Source of the DNA: Candidatus Methylomirabilis oxygeniifera
Lineage (GTDB): Bacteria > Methylomirabilota > Methylomirabilia > Methylomirabilales > Methylomirabilaceae
Direction: 5' to 3'
Assembly (NCBI GenBank): GCA_000091165.1
Contig: FP565575.1
Coordinates: 2,580,001-2,612,000 of the forward strand
Length of the DNA: 32,000 nt
Below, in pieces: positions 1 to 7,798 of this stretch; the first letter of the stretch is position 1; every line of letters starts with the position of its first letter. The position numbers and the translations under genes were made by a program. The notes beneath the pieces are model-generated. The model was not told the origin of the DNA, searched no databases, and saw nothing but the letters and a program-made list of their open reading frames with translations.

Positions 1-2
1 GC

Positions 3-1211
3 CGACTGAACCCCGGGGAGTTCTACGCCCTGCCGCAGTCGCCCCAGCTCTTCAAGCAGCTTCTCATGGTCGCGGGGATCGATCGGTACTATCAGATCGT
101 CAAATGCTTTCGGGATGAGGATCTGCGAGCCGACCGGCAACCGGAGTTTACGCAGATCGACCTTGAGATGTCGTTTGTCGATCGGGACGATGTGCTCGAG
201 GTAACGGAAGGGCTGGTAGTGGCGCTCTTTGAAGCGGCCGGCAAATCTTCTCTGCCCCGGCCCTTCCCGCGACTGACGTATGCCGAGGCGATCGACCGGT
301 TCGGTCTCGATACGCCGGACACTCGATTCGGGATGGAGCTTGCCGATCTGACCGAGCTATTGTGCGGGGTCGAGGCTAAGGCGTTCGCCGAGCCGATTGC
401 GCAAGGCGGTGTGGTGAGGGGGATGAACGTTAAAGGGTGCGGCGCATTCTCCAGGACGCAGATCGATGGACTGGTCGACTACGCCAAGGGAGTTGGAGCG
501 AAAGGCCTGGCCTGGTTCAAGGTGTCCGCGGATGGGCTTCAATCGCCGTTGGCCAAATTCCTCGGGCCGATCATCCTCGAACGCCTGGCTGAGCGACTGA
601 AAGGGGAGGAGGGGGATCTGCTGTTGCTGGTCGCTGATCAGGCCAAGACGGCGGCTGAGACACTGGGTCGTCTTCGAGTGAAATTGGGCCACGAACTGAA
701 GCTGATCGACGAGAGCGCGCTGGCGGTCACGTGGGTCATCGACTTCCCGCTCCTTGAATATGATCGCGAGCAAGGGCGGTGGCAGGCGATGCATCACCCC
801 TTTACGGCGCCGATGGACGAGGATCTGCCGCTCTTTGACACCGATCCCGGACGAATCCGCGCCAAGGCCTATGACCTGGTTGTCAACGGGCAGGAGCTGG
901 GTGGTGGCAGCATCAGGATCCACCGCCGGGACGTGCAGAGCCGGATGTTCGCCGCGCTGGGAATCGGCGCGGAAGAGGCAAGGGCGAAGTTCGGGTTTCT
1001 CATGGACGCACTCGAGTACGGCGCTCCACCCCATGGCGGGCTGGCCTTCGGGTTCGATCGAGTCATCGCGCTGCTCGCGGGGGCTGCCTCGATCCGGGAT
1101 GTTATCGCCTTCCCCAAGACCCAAAAAGCGGTGGACCTGATGACGCAAGCCCCCTCGCCGGTCGACGCAAGGCAGTTGAGGGAGCTGAGCATCAAATTGG
1201 ATCTGGACTGA
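3..1211 (+). CDS. aspS: Aspartyl-tRNA synthetase, 3' part (gene begins before the window)
   Basis: Open frame from base 3 (..[28 protein letters not shown]..), class II aaRS motif 3-like [16 protein letters not shown] near the C-terminus; stop TGA 1209-1211. Confidence 0.95.
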   Translation, partial: RLNPGEFYALPQSPQLFKQLLMVAGIDRYYQIVKCFRDEDLRADRQPEFTQIDLEMSFVDRDDVLEVTEGLVVALFEAAGKSSLPRPFPRLTYAEAIDRFGLDTPDTRFGMELADLTELLCGVEAKAFAEPIAQGGVVRGMNVKGCGAFSRTQIDGLVDYAKGVGAKGLAWFKVSADGLQSPLAKFLGPIILERLAERLKGEEGDLLLLVADQAKTAAETLGRLRVKLGHELKLIDESALAVTWVIDFPLLEYDREQGRWQAMHHPFTAPMDEDLPLFDTDPGRIRAKAYDLVVNGQELGGGSIRIHRRDVQSRMFAALGIGAEEARAKFGFLMDALEYGAPPHGGLAFGFDRVIALLAGAASIRDVIAFPKTQKAVDLMTQAPSPVDARQLRELSIKLDLD

Positions 1212-1224
1212 AAAGCAGCGTTGA

Positions 1225-1294
1225 ACTGTTAGCCTTCAGCTTTCAGCAATAAGCCGATCGCTGGCTGCCGGCGGCTCACTGCTGTCGCTGTTGA
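1225..1294. repeat. Degenerate 7-nt tandem repeat, AGCTGAC-like class
   Basis: Units 1231-1286: AGCCTTC AGCTTTC AGCAATA AGCCGAT CGCTGGC TGCCGGC GGCTCAC TGCTGTC; GC at unit positions 2-3 in 8/8 units. Confidence 0.8.
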
Positions 1295-1339
1295 CAGGGC
1301 TACGTGACCGGCATATGCTGAATGTAGATCAAGGAGCGG

Positions 1340-1409
1340 CTTATAGCTGTCAGCCTTCAGCGGCAAGAGGGTTGTATGTTGCTGATCGCTGAGAGCTGAA
1401 CGCTGAATG
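1340..1409. repeat. Degenerate 7-nt tandem repeat, AGCTGAC-like class (10 units)
   Basis: CTTATAG CTGTCAG CCTTCAG CGGCAAG AGGGTTG TATGTTG CTGATCG CTGAGAG CTGAACG CTGAATG; G at position 7 of all 10 units. Confidence 0.8.
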
Positions 1410-1429
1410 ATGAGTAGCGAAGTGGGGAG

Positions 1430-2422
1430 ATGATAAGGGAGCAGATTCGACCGGAAAAGAAGGTCTCCCTGCCTATCGGGGAAGAGATCCAACAACTGTT
1501 TGGGCGTAAGGATGAGGTCAGGAAGCTCATCGAAGAGGCGTTACAGGTCAAGTTGGTTGCGCGAGACGGCCTCGTCAGCATCCAGGGCGAGGCGGCAGAT
1601 GTGACGGTGGGGGAGCAGGTTGTATCGGAGCTGATCTCACAACTGACGCGCGGCGAGCGCGTGACACCGCAGGACGTCAAACTGGTCCTTCGGCTCTTTA
1701 TGAGGAAAGACGAGGAGGAGTTCAAGCGAATCCAGGGTGAGGTGATCGAGGTTTCGTCAAAAAAGCGGCCGGTCCGGCCAAAAGGTCCCGGCCAGCGATG
1801 GTACATCGAGGCAATCCGCCATCACGACATTGTCTTCGCCATCGGGCCGGCCGGGACCGGCAAGACCTATCTGGCGATGGCGATGGCTGTGTCGGCGCTC
1901 TTAAAACACGAGGTCAATCGGATTATCCTGACCAGGCCCGCCGTAGAAGCGGGGGAAAAATTAGGTTTTCTTCCCGGCACGCTCTACGAAAAGATTAACC
2001 CCTACCTTCGACCCCTGTACGATGCGCTCTACGATATGATCGAGATGGAGCGTGTTACCCGTCTGATTGAGATGGGCACCATCGAGATCGCCCCGCTGGC
2101 CTTCATGCGAGGCCGGACTCTGAACGATTCATTCATCGTGCTGGACGAGGCCCAGAATACGACCTCAGAGCAGATGAAGATGTTTCTGACGCGCCTGGGT
2201 TTCGGCTCAAAGACCGTCATTACGGGGGATATTACCCAGATCGACCTGCCCGCCGGCCGACTGTCCGGCCTGATCGAGGTGCAGCGTATTCTGAAGGGGA
2301 TCGAGGGGATTAAATTCGCCTATCTCGGCGAGGAGGACGTGGTGCGACACGAGTTGGTACAGCAAATTGTCAGAGCGTACGAGGCGTACCAGACCTCCAC
2401 GTTACCAACTGAGGGGCGATAG
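1430..2422 (+). CDS. phoH: PhoH family ATPase
   Basis: ATG 1430; Walker A GPAGTGKT, Walker B-type FIVLDEAQNTT; next to ybeY and an HD-domain gene, a common order. Confidence 0.93.
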   Translation: MIREQIRPEKKVSLPIGEEIQQLFGRKDEVRKLIEEALQVKLVARDGLVSIQGEAADVTVGEQVVSELISQLTRGERVTPQDVKLVLRLFMRKDEEEFKRIQGEVIEVSSKKRPVRPKGPGQRWYIEAIRHHDIVFAIGPAGTGKTYLAMAMAVSALLKHEVNRIILTRPAVEAGEKLGFLPGTLYEKINPYLRPLYDALYDMIEMERVTRLIEMGTIEIAPLAFMRGRTLNDSFIVLDEAQNTTSEQMKMFLTRLGFGSKTVITGDITQIDLPAGRLSGLIEVQRILKGIEGIKFAYLGEEDVVRHELVQQIVRAYEAYQTSTLPTEGR

Positions 2423-2433
2423 GAGGGCGCCCG

Positions 2434-4080
2434 ATGGCGCCCCACAGGAACGGCAGCACCACCGTGGCCGATGAGCGGTCGCCGGCTGCGCGTCGTCTGT
2501 TGGGCGCTCCGCGCGTGATCTCTTCGTGGTTTCATTGGGCCACGGGGCGCCTCGAACGCCATCCTGGTGCGTTCTATACGCTCTGCAGCCTGACGATTCT
2601 CGCGATCATTCTCGTCATCGCATCGTCCGCGGCGCTTCCGTCCGGCATCCTTCCGCTCCTTGGGATCTGCCTGCTGGTCGGCTTCCTGCTGGGGAGCCTC
2701 TACCTGTACATTTGGACGCTCCAGCCCAAACCGCTGCGACAGCCGAAGAACCTATTTTTGCTGACTTCGGTGATCTTGTTGACGGTTGCCGTCACCCGTT
2801 CCTTTTTCTTCTTTCTTCCCTCGGTTCATCAGGCGCTCCCCAATGTGCCTGCAAGCGCCATCGAATACTCGATCCCTGTCGCCATTGGGGGCCTGCTCCT
2901 TGCGATCCTGTTCAGCAGCCGCCTGGCGTTTGCGGGCGCTCTTGCCATCAGCATTCTGACCTCTCTCCTGGCGGCGGACGGGTTCCGCTTCTTCCTGTAC
3001 AGCCTTGTGAGCAGCCTTGCGGCGATCTTCGCCCTTGTTGGGCGCAAAGATCGGGCGATCCTGCTCAAGGCTGGGATGGCTGTCGGGTTAGCCAACCTCT
3101 ACTCCGTCCTTGCATGGTCATTGCTCTCGGGATCCATGGAGCAGCTTGGCTTTCATCTGCTGTGCGGTCTGGTCGGTGGACTGTTTGTTGCGATTCTGTC
3201 ACTGGGCCTGCTTCCCCTCTTCGAATACCTGTTCGAGGTGGCGACCGATTTTCGATTGTTGGAACTGTGCAACCTGAACCATCCGCTTCTGAAAGAGATG
3301 ATACTCAAGGCCCCTGGAACCTACCACCACAGTGTTATGGTGGGCACCTTGGCCGAGGCGGCCGCTGAGGCGATCGGTGCGAATACCATGCTGTGCCGGG
3401 TAGGCGCCTACTACCACGACATCGGAAAGATCACCAAGCCGTCGTTCTTCGTTGAAAATCAGCAGAATGTGAAGAGTCGCCATGAAAAGCTTGGTCCGAA
3501 CCTGAGCAGTTTAGTCATCGTGTCCCACGTCAAGACGGGCATTGAGCTGGGCAGGACCTACGGTCTGCCGCCGGCGGTGCTGGAGATGATTCCCCAGCAC
3601 CACGGTACCAGACTGACCCTTTTCTTTTACCAGAAAGCCAAGGACACAGAAGAAAGCGACCAGGGCGAGGTCCACGAAGAGAGGTTCCGATATCCCGGGC
3701 CAAAACCTCAAACCAAAGAAGCGGCTATTCTGATGCTGGCAGATGCCGTCGAGGCAGCGTCGCGGACGCTGACCGAGCCTACACCCGGACGGTTCCAGAC
3801 GCTGGTCGCGAAGATTGTCAATGCCGTGTTTGTAGATGGGCAGCTTCGCGAGTGCGAGTTGACCTTCAGCGAGCTTCGCCTCATCGAGGAGAGCTTTGTT
3901 CGGATTCTGTGCGGTATCTATCACCGACGGGTAGAATATCCCGGGTTTGCCTTTGAGGAGTCTGTTGGTAGAAGGGGCGCGAATGGGGATGCAGGTCACA
4001 AACCGACAAAGGAAGATCAGGCTCGACACGAGCTTTCTAAAAAAGGTCGGGCAGACCACCCTCGCCAGAGCAGGGGTTGA
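2434..4080 (+). CDS. PgpH/YqfF-like multi-pass membrane HD-domain phosphohydrolase without the long extracellular domain
   Basis: Multiple hydrophobic segments, then an HD domain (LAEAAAEAIGANTMLCRVGAYYHDIGK...HHGT...ILMLADAVEAASRTL). Confidence 0.85.
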   Translation: MAPHRNGSTTVADERSPAARRLLGAPRVISSWFHWATGRLERHPGAFYTLCSLTILAIILVIASSAALPSGILPLLGICLLVGFLLGSLYLYIWTLQPKPLRQPKNLFLLTSVILLTVAVTRSFFFFLPSVHQALPNVPASAIEYSIPVAIGGLLLAILFSSRLAFAGALAISILTSLLAADGFRFFLYSLVSSLAAIFALVGRKDRAILLKAGMAVGLANLYSVLAWSLLSGSMEQLGFHLLCGLVGGLFVAILSLGLLPLFEYLFEVATDFRLLELCNLNHPLLKEMILKAPGTYHHSVMVGTLAEAAAEAIGANTMLCRVGAYYHDIGKITKPSFFVENQQNVKSRHEKLGPNLSSLVIVSHVKTGIELGRTYGLPPAVLEMIPQHHGTRLTLFFYQKAKDTEESDQGEVHEERFRYPGPKPQTKEAAILMLADAVEAASRTLTEPTPGRFQTLVAKIVNAVFVDGQLRECELTFSELRLIEESFVRILCGIYHRRVEYPGFAFEESVGRRGANGDAGHKPTKEDQARHELSKKGRADHPRQSRG

Positions 4081-4429
4081 TCAGGCCGAGTGCGGGCTGG
4101 TGTTGGTGGGCGACCGGACCATAGCCCGCCTAAACCGGCAGTATCGGGGGAAGGCGACAAGTACGGATGTCCTTTCGTTTCCGATGCGGGAGGGATCGTT
4201 TGCATCGCTCTCGCCGCATCTGCTCGGGGACGTGGTGATCTCGGCTGAAACAGCCGATCGACAGGCCAAAGCGGCGGGTCGCACGCTTCGTGACGAGTTG
4301 ACTGCGCTGCTGATCCATGGCATTCTTCATCTCCTTGGCTACGACCATCAGATGCCGTCAGAGGCGCGGAGGATGAAACGCCTGGAGCGACAGTTCGGCC
4401 TCCTGTTCATTGAGGCCGAAGGCAGGTAA
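3983..4429 (+). CDS. ybeY: Endoribonuclease YbeY (rRNA maturation)
   Basis: Zinc motif HGILHLLGYDH, preceded by DVLSFPM; start could be ATG 3983 or 3989; overlaps the upstream gene end. Confidence 0.92.
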   Translation: MGMQVTNRQRKIRLDTSFLKKVGQTTLARAGVDQAECGLVLVGDRTIARLNRQYRGKATSTDVLSFPMREGSFASLSPHLLGDVVISAETADRQAKAAGRTLRDELTALLIHGILHLLGYDHQMPSEARRMKRLERQFGLLFIEAEGR

Positions 4430-4431
4430 GC

Positions 4432-4938
4432 GTGGAAGGCTCGTCACATCCGTTTCGCTGTGCGTTGAAAGGGGTCGAAGACGCGATCTCCACACAACGC
4501 CACCTGCGCGCTCACATCGTCGTGGCCGGGTTCGTCGCGCTGTTCGGGCTGTTGCTGGAGTTGCCGCATGTCGATCTGGTGCTGCTGCTCATGGCCATTG
4601 CGCTTGTTATCATCACAGAACTGCTGAATACTGCAGTGGAGTTGACCGTGGATCTTGTATCGCCGACCTTTCACCCGATCGCCGGACGGGCAAAGGACAT
4701 TGCCGCCGGCGCGGTGCTGATCGCCGCGTTGGTTGCGGCTACCGTCGGTATTATCGTACTTGCGCCCCCTTTGTTCGGCGCGCTCACCACACGTCCGCTT
4801 TCAGCGAAGTCAGCTCTGCTGGTGGCGACCACCCTCGGGCTGGTCGGAAGCATTATTGCTGCACTCTTGCCACGTTCTTCCAGCTCGAAGCGCGACCAGC
4901 TTTTAACTGTCAGCAAGAAGTTGAATACTGACCACTGA
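4432..4938 (+). CDS. dgkA: Diacylglycerol/undecaprenol kinase family membrane protein
   Basis: N-terminal ALKGVEDAISTQRHLRAHIVV and ITELLNTAVELTVDLVSPTFHPIAGRAKDIAAGAVLIAAL match the DgkA signature layout. The overlapping 4410..4931 ORF is a frame shadow. Confidence 0.88.
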   Translation: MEGSSHPFRCALKGVEDAISTQRHLRAHIVVAGFVALFGLLLELPHVDLVLLLMAIALVIITELLNTAVELTVDLVSPTFHPIAGRAKDIAAGAVLIAALVAATVGIIVLAPPLFGALTTRPLSAKSALLVATTLGLVGSIIAALLPRSSSSKRDQLLTVSKKLNTDH

Positions 4939-4961
4939 GATCTGACCGCTACAGGATGGAC

Positions 4962-5858
4962 ATGACCAACGATAAATCAGGTTTTGTAGCGATTATTGGC
5001 CGCCCCAACGTCGGCAAATCGACCCTCATGAACCGTCTGCTGGGACAGAAGGTGTCGATCGTCTCTCCCAGGCCGCAGACGACCAGAACCAAAATTATGG
5101 GGATCAGGAGCCTGCCCGGAGCGCAATTGATCTTCCTGGATACGCCTGGGATCGATAAGTCGGGCGGCTATTTTCACCGGTTGATGGTGAAAACAGCCAC
5201 AAACAGTCTGGAAGGGGCAGACCTGATCCTCTGGATAGTGGAAGCTCCCGATCCGCTCTCTCAGGGTGACAAACTGATCCTGGAGATTCTGAAGCGGGTC
5301 ACGTCTCCGATCCTGCTCGCCGTCAATAAGGTCGATCTCGTTCAGAAAGAAAGCCTGTTGCCCACAATCGATCGCTTCCGGTCGCTGCTGCCGTTTGCCG
5401 AGATCGTACCGATCTCCGCTACGAAAGGCGACAACGTTGCGCTTCTCGAGTCGCTGCTGGTCCAATATCTCCCGGAGGGACCACCGCTGTACCCCCCTGA
5501 TCAGTTGACCGACCAGCCAGATCGTTTCATCATCGCCGAGCTGATCCGAGAGCGGGTCTTCCGCTCGGTCTATCAGGAGGTGCCGTATGCGGTGGCCGTG
5601 TTGGTAGAAAAGGTCAGAACACGGGAAGGGCGAGCGCTGACCGACGTCGAGGCAACCATTTATGTCGAGAAGGACTCACAGAAGGCGATCATCATCGGAC
5701 GCGGGGGCGCCATGCTCAAGCGAATCGGGGAGCTGGTCAGGCCGGAGATCGAGAGGCTGCTCGGCACCCAGGTGTTTCTGAAGCTGTGGGTCAAGGTTCG
5801 CAGCGACTGGCAGAAGGATGATGAGGCGCTAAGGCGGCTCGGCTATCTGCAACAGTAG
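4962..5858 (+). CDS. era: GTPase Era
   Basis: GRPNVGKSTLMNRLLGQKVSIVSPRPQTTR, DTPG, NKVD, and the C-terminal KH region (IIIGRGGAMLKRIGELVRPEIERLLG). Confidence 0.97.
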   Translation: MTNDKSGFVAIIGRPNVGKSTLMNRLLGQKVSIVSPRPQTTRTKIMGIRSLPGAQLIFLDTPGIDKSGGYFHRLMVKTATNSLEGADLILWIVEAPDPLSQGDKLILEILKRVTSPILLAVNKVDLVQKESLLPTIDRFRSLLPFAEIVPISATKGDNVALLESLLVQYLPEGPPLYPPDQLTDQPDRFIIAELIRERVFRSVYQEVPYAVAVLVEKVRTREGRALTDVEATIYVEKDSQKAIIIGRGGAMLKRIGELVRPEIERLLGTQVFLKLWVKVRSDWQKDDEALRRLGYLQQ

Positions 5859-5862
5859 AAAA

Positions 5863-5900
5863 GTTTTGGATTTCGAGTCCCGAACCCCTAACCCCTGGTC
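5863..5900. repeat. Short 7-nt periodic repeat between era and recO
   Basis: GTTTTGG ATTTCGA GTCCCGA ACCCCTA ACCCCTG. Confidence 0.5.
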
Positions 5901-5906
5901 CGAAAA

Positions 5907-6656
5907 ATGCCCCTACAGACAACCGAAGCGATTGTGATCGGCGGACACAATCTTGGCGAGGCCGACCGGATTATTCCGTTCTTCACGAGGAAGTTGGGGA
6001 AGGTCAGGGCAGTGGCTCGTGGGGCCAGGCGGGTTCGCAGCCGATATGGCGGGACCCTCGAGTTGTTCACGCTCGGTCAGCTTGTCTTTTTCGAGTCGCC
6101 CAACCGGACTCTCCACAAGATCAACGAGTTCTCGGTCATGGAGCCGTTTGCTGGGCTCAAAGCCGATCTGGGGAGGCTGGGCCGGGGGGCCTACCTCGTA
6201 GAGCTGGCGGGCGCATCTGTCGAGGATGAGGAGCCGAACGAGGAGATCTTTCTCTTGCTGCGGGATGCCCTGACGCTGCTCGTCTTATATGATGACCCGC
6301 GCCTCGTCAGGTCGTTTGAGATCCGCCTCCTCAGGATTGTCGGATACCTTTTGGAACTCTATCGCTGCCTGGTGTGCCGGTCCGTGCTGGAGCAAGGCGC
6401 TGCATCCGCCATCAGCCCGACTCGCGGTGGACTGGTCTGCCTCAAGTGTCTTCCGCGGGCGCCGGACCATATGTCCATCTCTCCGGAATCATTGGACTTT
6501 CTGCGATCAGCTTTGCATGGCGGGCTGGAACAGTCACTGGCCTCGCCTCTTTCTCATCCGCACACGACCAACCTTCAAGAGGTCTTGAAAGTCTGTATCA
6601 CCCACTTCTTCGGCAAACGACTTCGGTCTGTGGCATTCATGAGTCTCGTTGAATAG
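5907..6656 (+). CDS. recO: DNA repair protein RecO
   Basis: TEAIVIGGHNLGEADRIIPFFTRKLGKVRAVARGARR...; Cys4 zinc motif CLVC...CLKC; adjacent to era. Confidence 0.92.
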   Translation: MPLQTTEAIVIGGHNLGEADRIIPFFTRKLGKVRAVARGARRVRSRYGGTLELFTLGQLVFFESPNRTLHKINEFSVMEPFAGLKADLGRLGRGAYLVELAGASVEDEEPNEEIFLLLRDALTLLVLYDDPRLVRSFEIRLLRIVGYLLELYRCLVCRSVLEQGAASAISPTRGGLVCLKCLPRAPDHMSISPESLDFLRSALHGGLEQSLASPLSHPHTTNLQEVLKVCITHFFGKRLRSVAFMSLVE

Positions 6657-6678
6657 GGTGTTGACGGAGGCTGCGTTC

Positions 6679-7677
6679 ATGCGGGCGCTCTGTCTGAATA
6701 GTGTACGTCCGATCGAGGACCATCCGCTTACGATGGTCGAGCTGCCAGCCCCGATTCCGGGTCCTGGCGGACTTCGCCTACGGGTGCAGGCTTGCGGTCT
6801 GTGCCGAACCGACCTGCATATCATCGAAGGCGACCTTCCGCTTCCTATGCTTCCGATAGTGCCCGGCCACCAGATTGTCGGTGTTATCGATGAGGTCGGA
6901 CAAGGCGTCACCCGCTTTCACGTAGGCGATAGAGTGGGCGTTCCCTGGCTGTACTCCACGTGCAGCCAATGCACCTTCTGCCGACGTAATCAGGAAAATC
7001 TCTGCGACGCAGCCCGCTTTACCGGCTACCACGTGAACGGTGGGTATGCGGAGTGTGTGGTTGTCCAAGAGGCATTTGCATATCCGTTGCCGTCAGGCAT
7101 CTCGACCACCAATGCGGCCCCATTGCTGTGCGCAGGGGTCATCGGCTTCCGCGCCCTTCGACTGAGCGGAATCAAGCCTGGTGAGCGTCTGGGGTTATAT
7201 GGGTTCGGCGGCTCGGCGCATATCGCCATCCAGGTCGCGGTCTACTGGGGTTGCGAGGTTGCTGTCTTTACCCGGAGCGAGGCGCATCGCGCCTTGGCCT
7301 TGCAACTCGGCGCCCGCTGGGCAGGCCCGGTCGAAGACGATCCGCCGGGGCGACTCGACAGTGCGGTCATCTTCGCGCCCGTCGGATCGCTGGTGCTCGA
7401 GGCGCTTCGAGTTCTCAGAAAGGGCGGCACGGTGGCCATCGCCGGCATTACCATGAGTCCGATCCCGGAGCTTGACTACTCCTTACTCTACCAGGAGCGG
7501 ACCGTTCGGAGCGTAGCCAACAGCACGCGGCAGGATGTGCATGATCTCTTGCGCCTCGCAGTAGACATTCCGATTCGGACCACGATCCGCACCTTTCCCC
7601 TCGAAGAGGCCAATCACGCCCTCCAACTTCTCAAGCACAGCCGGTTCAGCGGCGCCGGCGTTCTGACTATCTCCTAG
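6679..7677 (+). CDS. Zinc-dependent alcohol dehydrogenase (MDR superfamily)
   Basis: CGLCRTDLH, GHQIVGVIDEVGQGV, CSQCTFCRRNQENLC structural zinc motif; Rossmann-type segment GLYGFGGSAHIA. Confidence 0.92.
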   Translation: MRALCLNSVRPIEDHPLTMVELPAPIPGPGGLRLRVQACGLCRTDLHIIEGDLPLPMLPIVPGHQIVGVIDEVGQGVTRFHVGDRVGVPWLYSTCSQCTFCRRNQENLCDAARFTGYHVNGGYAECVVVQEAFAYPLPSGISTTNAAPLLCAGVIGFRALRLSGIKPGERLGLYGFGGSAHIAIQVAVYWGCEVAVFTRSEAHRALALQLGARWAGPVEDDPPGRLDSAVIFAPVGSLVLEALRVLRKGGTVAIAGITMSPIPELDYSLLYQERTVRSVANSTRQDVHDLLRLAVDIPIRTTIRTFPLEEANHALQLLKHSRFSGAGVLTIS

Positions 7678-7701
7678 TGTCTTAGAGTGCTTTATTTTTC
7701 G

Positions 7702-7730
7702 TTGACAGCGTTGTGGGGATGATGTAAACT
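7702..7730 (+). promoter_or_regulatory. Sigma-70-type promoter for the radical-SAM gene
   Basis: TTGACA (7702-7707), 17-nt spacer, TAAACT (7725-7730), about 70 nt upstream of ATG 7799. Confidence 0.65.
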
Positions 7731-7798
7731 TACCATCTACGTCGCCTCGTAGCGTGCTCTTCGCATTTCCGGGAGAGCCGTACCGGAGAAGTCGAGAA

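Noticed and set aside
357-1148. 263-aa minus-strand ORF antisense to aspS
   Set aside because: It lies entirely inside the aspS coding frame, has an Arg/Pro/His-rich composition and no recognisable domain. A shadow ORF of GC-rich codon usage.
2526-3368. 280-aa plus-strand ORF inside the PgpH-like gene
   Set aside because: Alternative frame of a GC-rich gene; no domain and a clear HD-domain protein in the other frame.
4410-4931. 173-aa plus-strand ORF over dgkA
   Set aside because: Frame shadow; the 4432-4938 frame has the DgkA signature.
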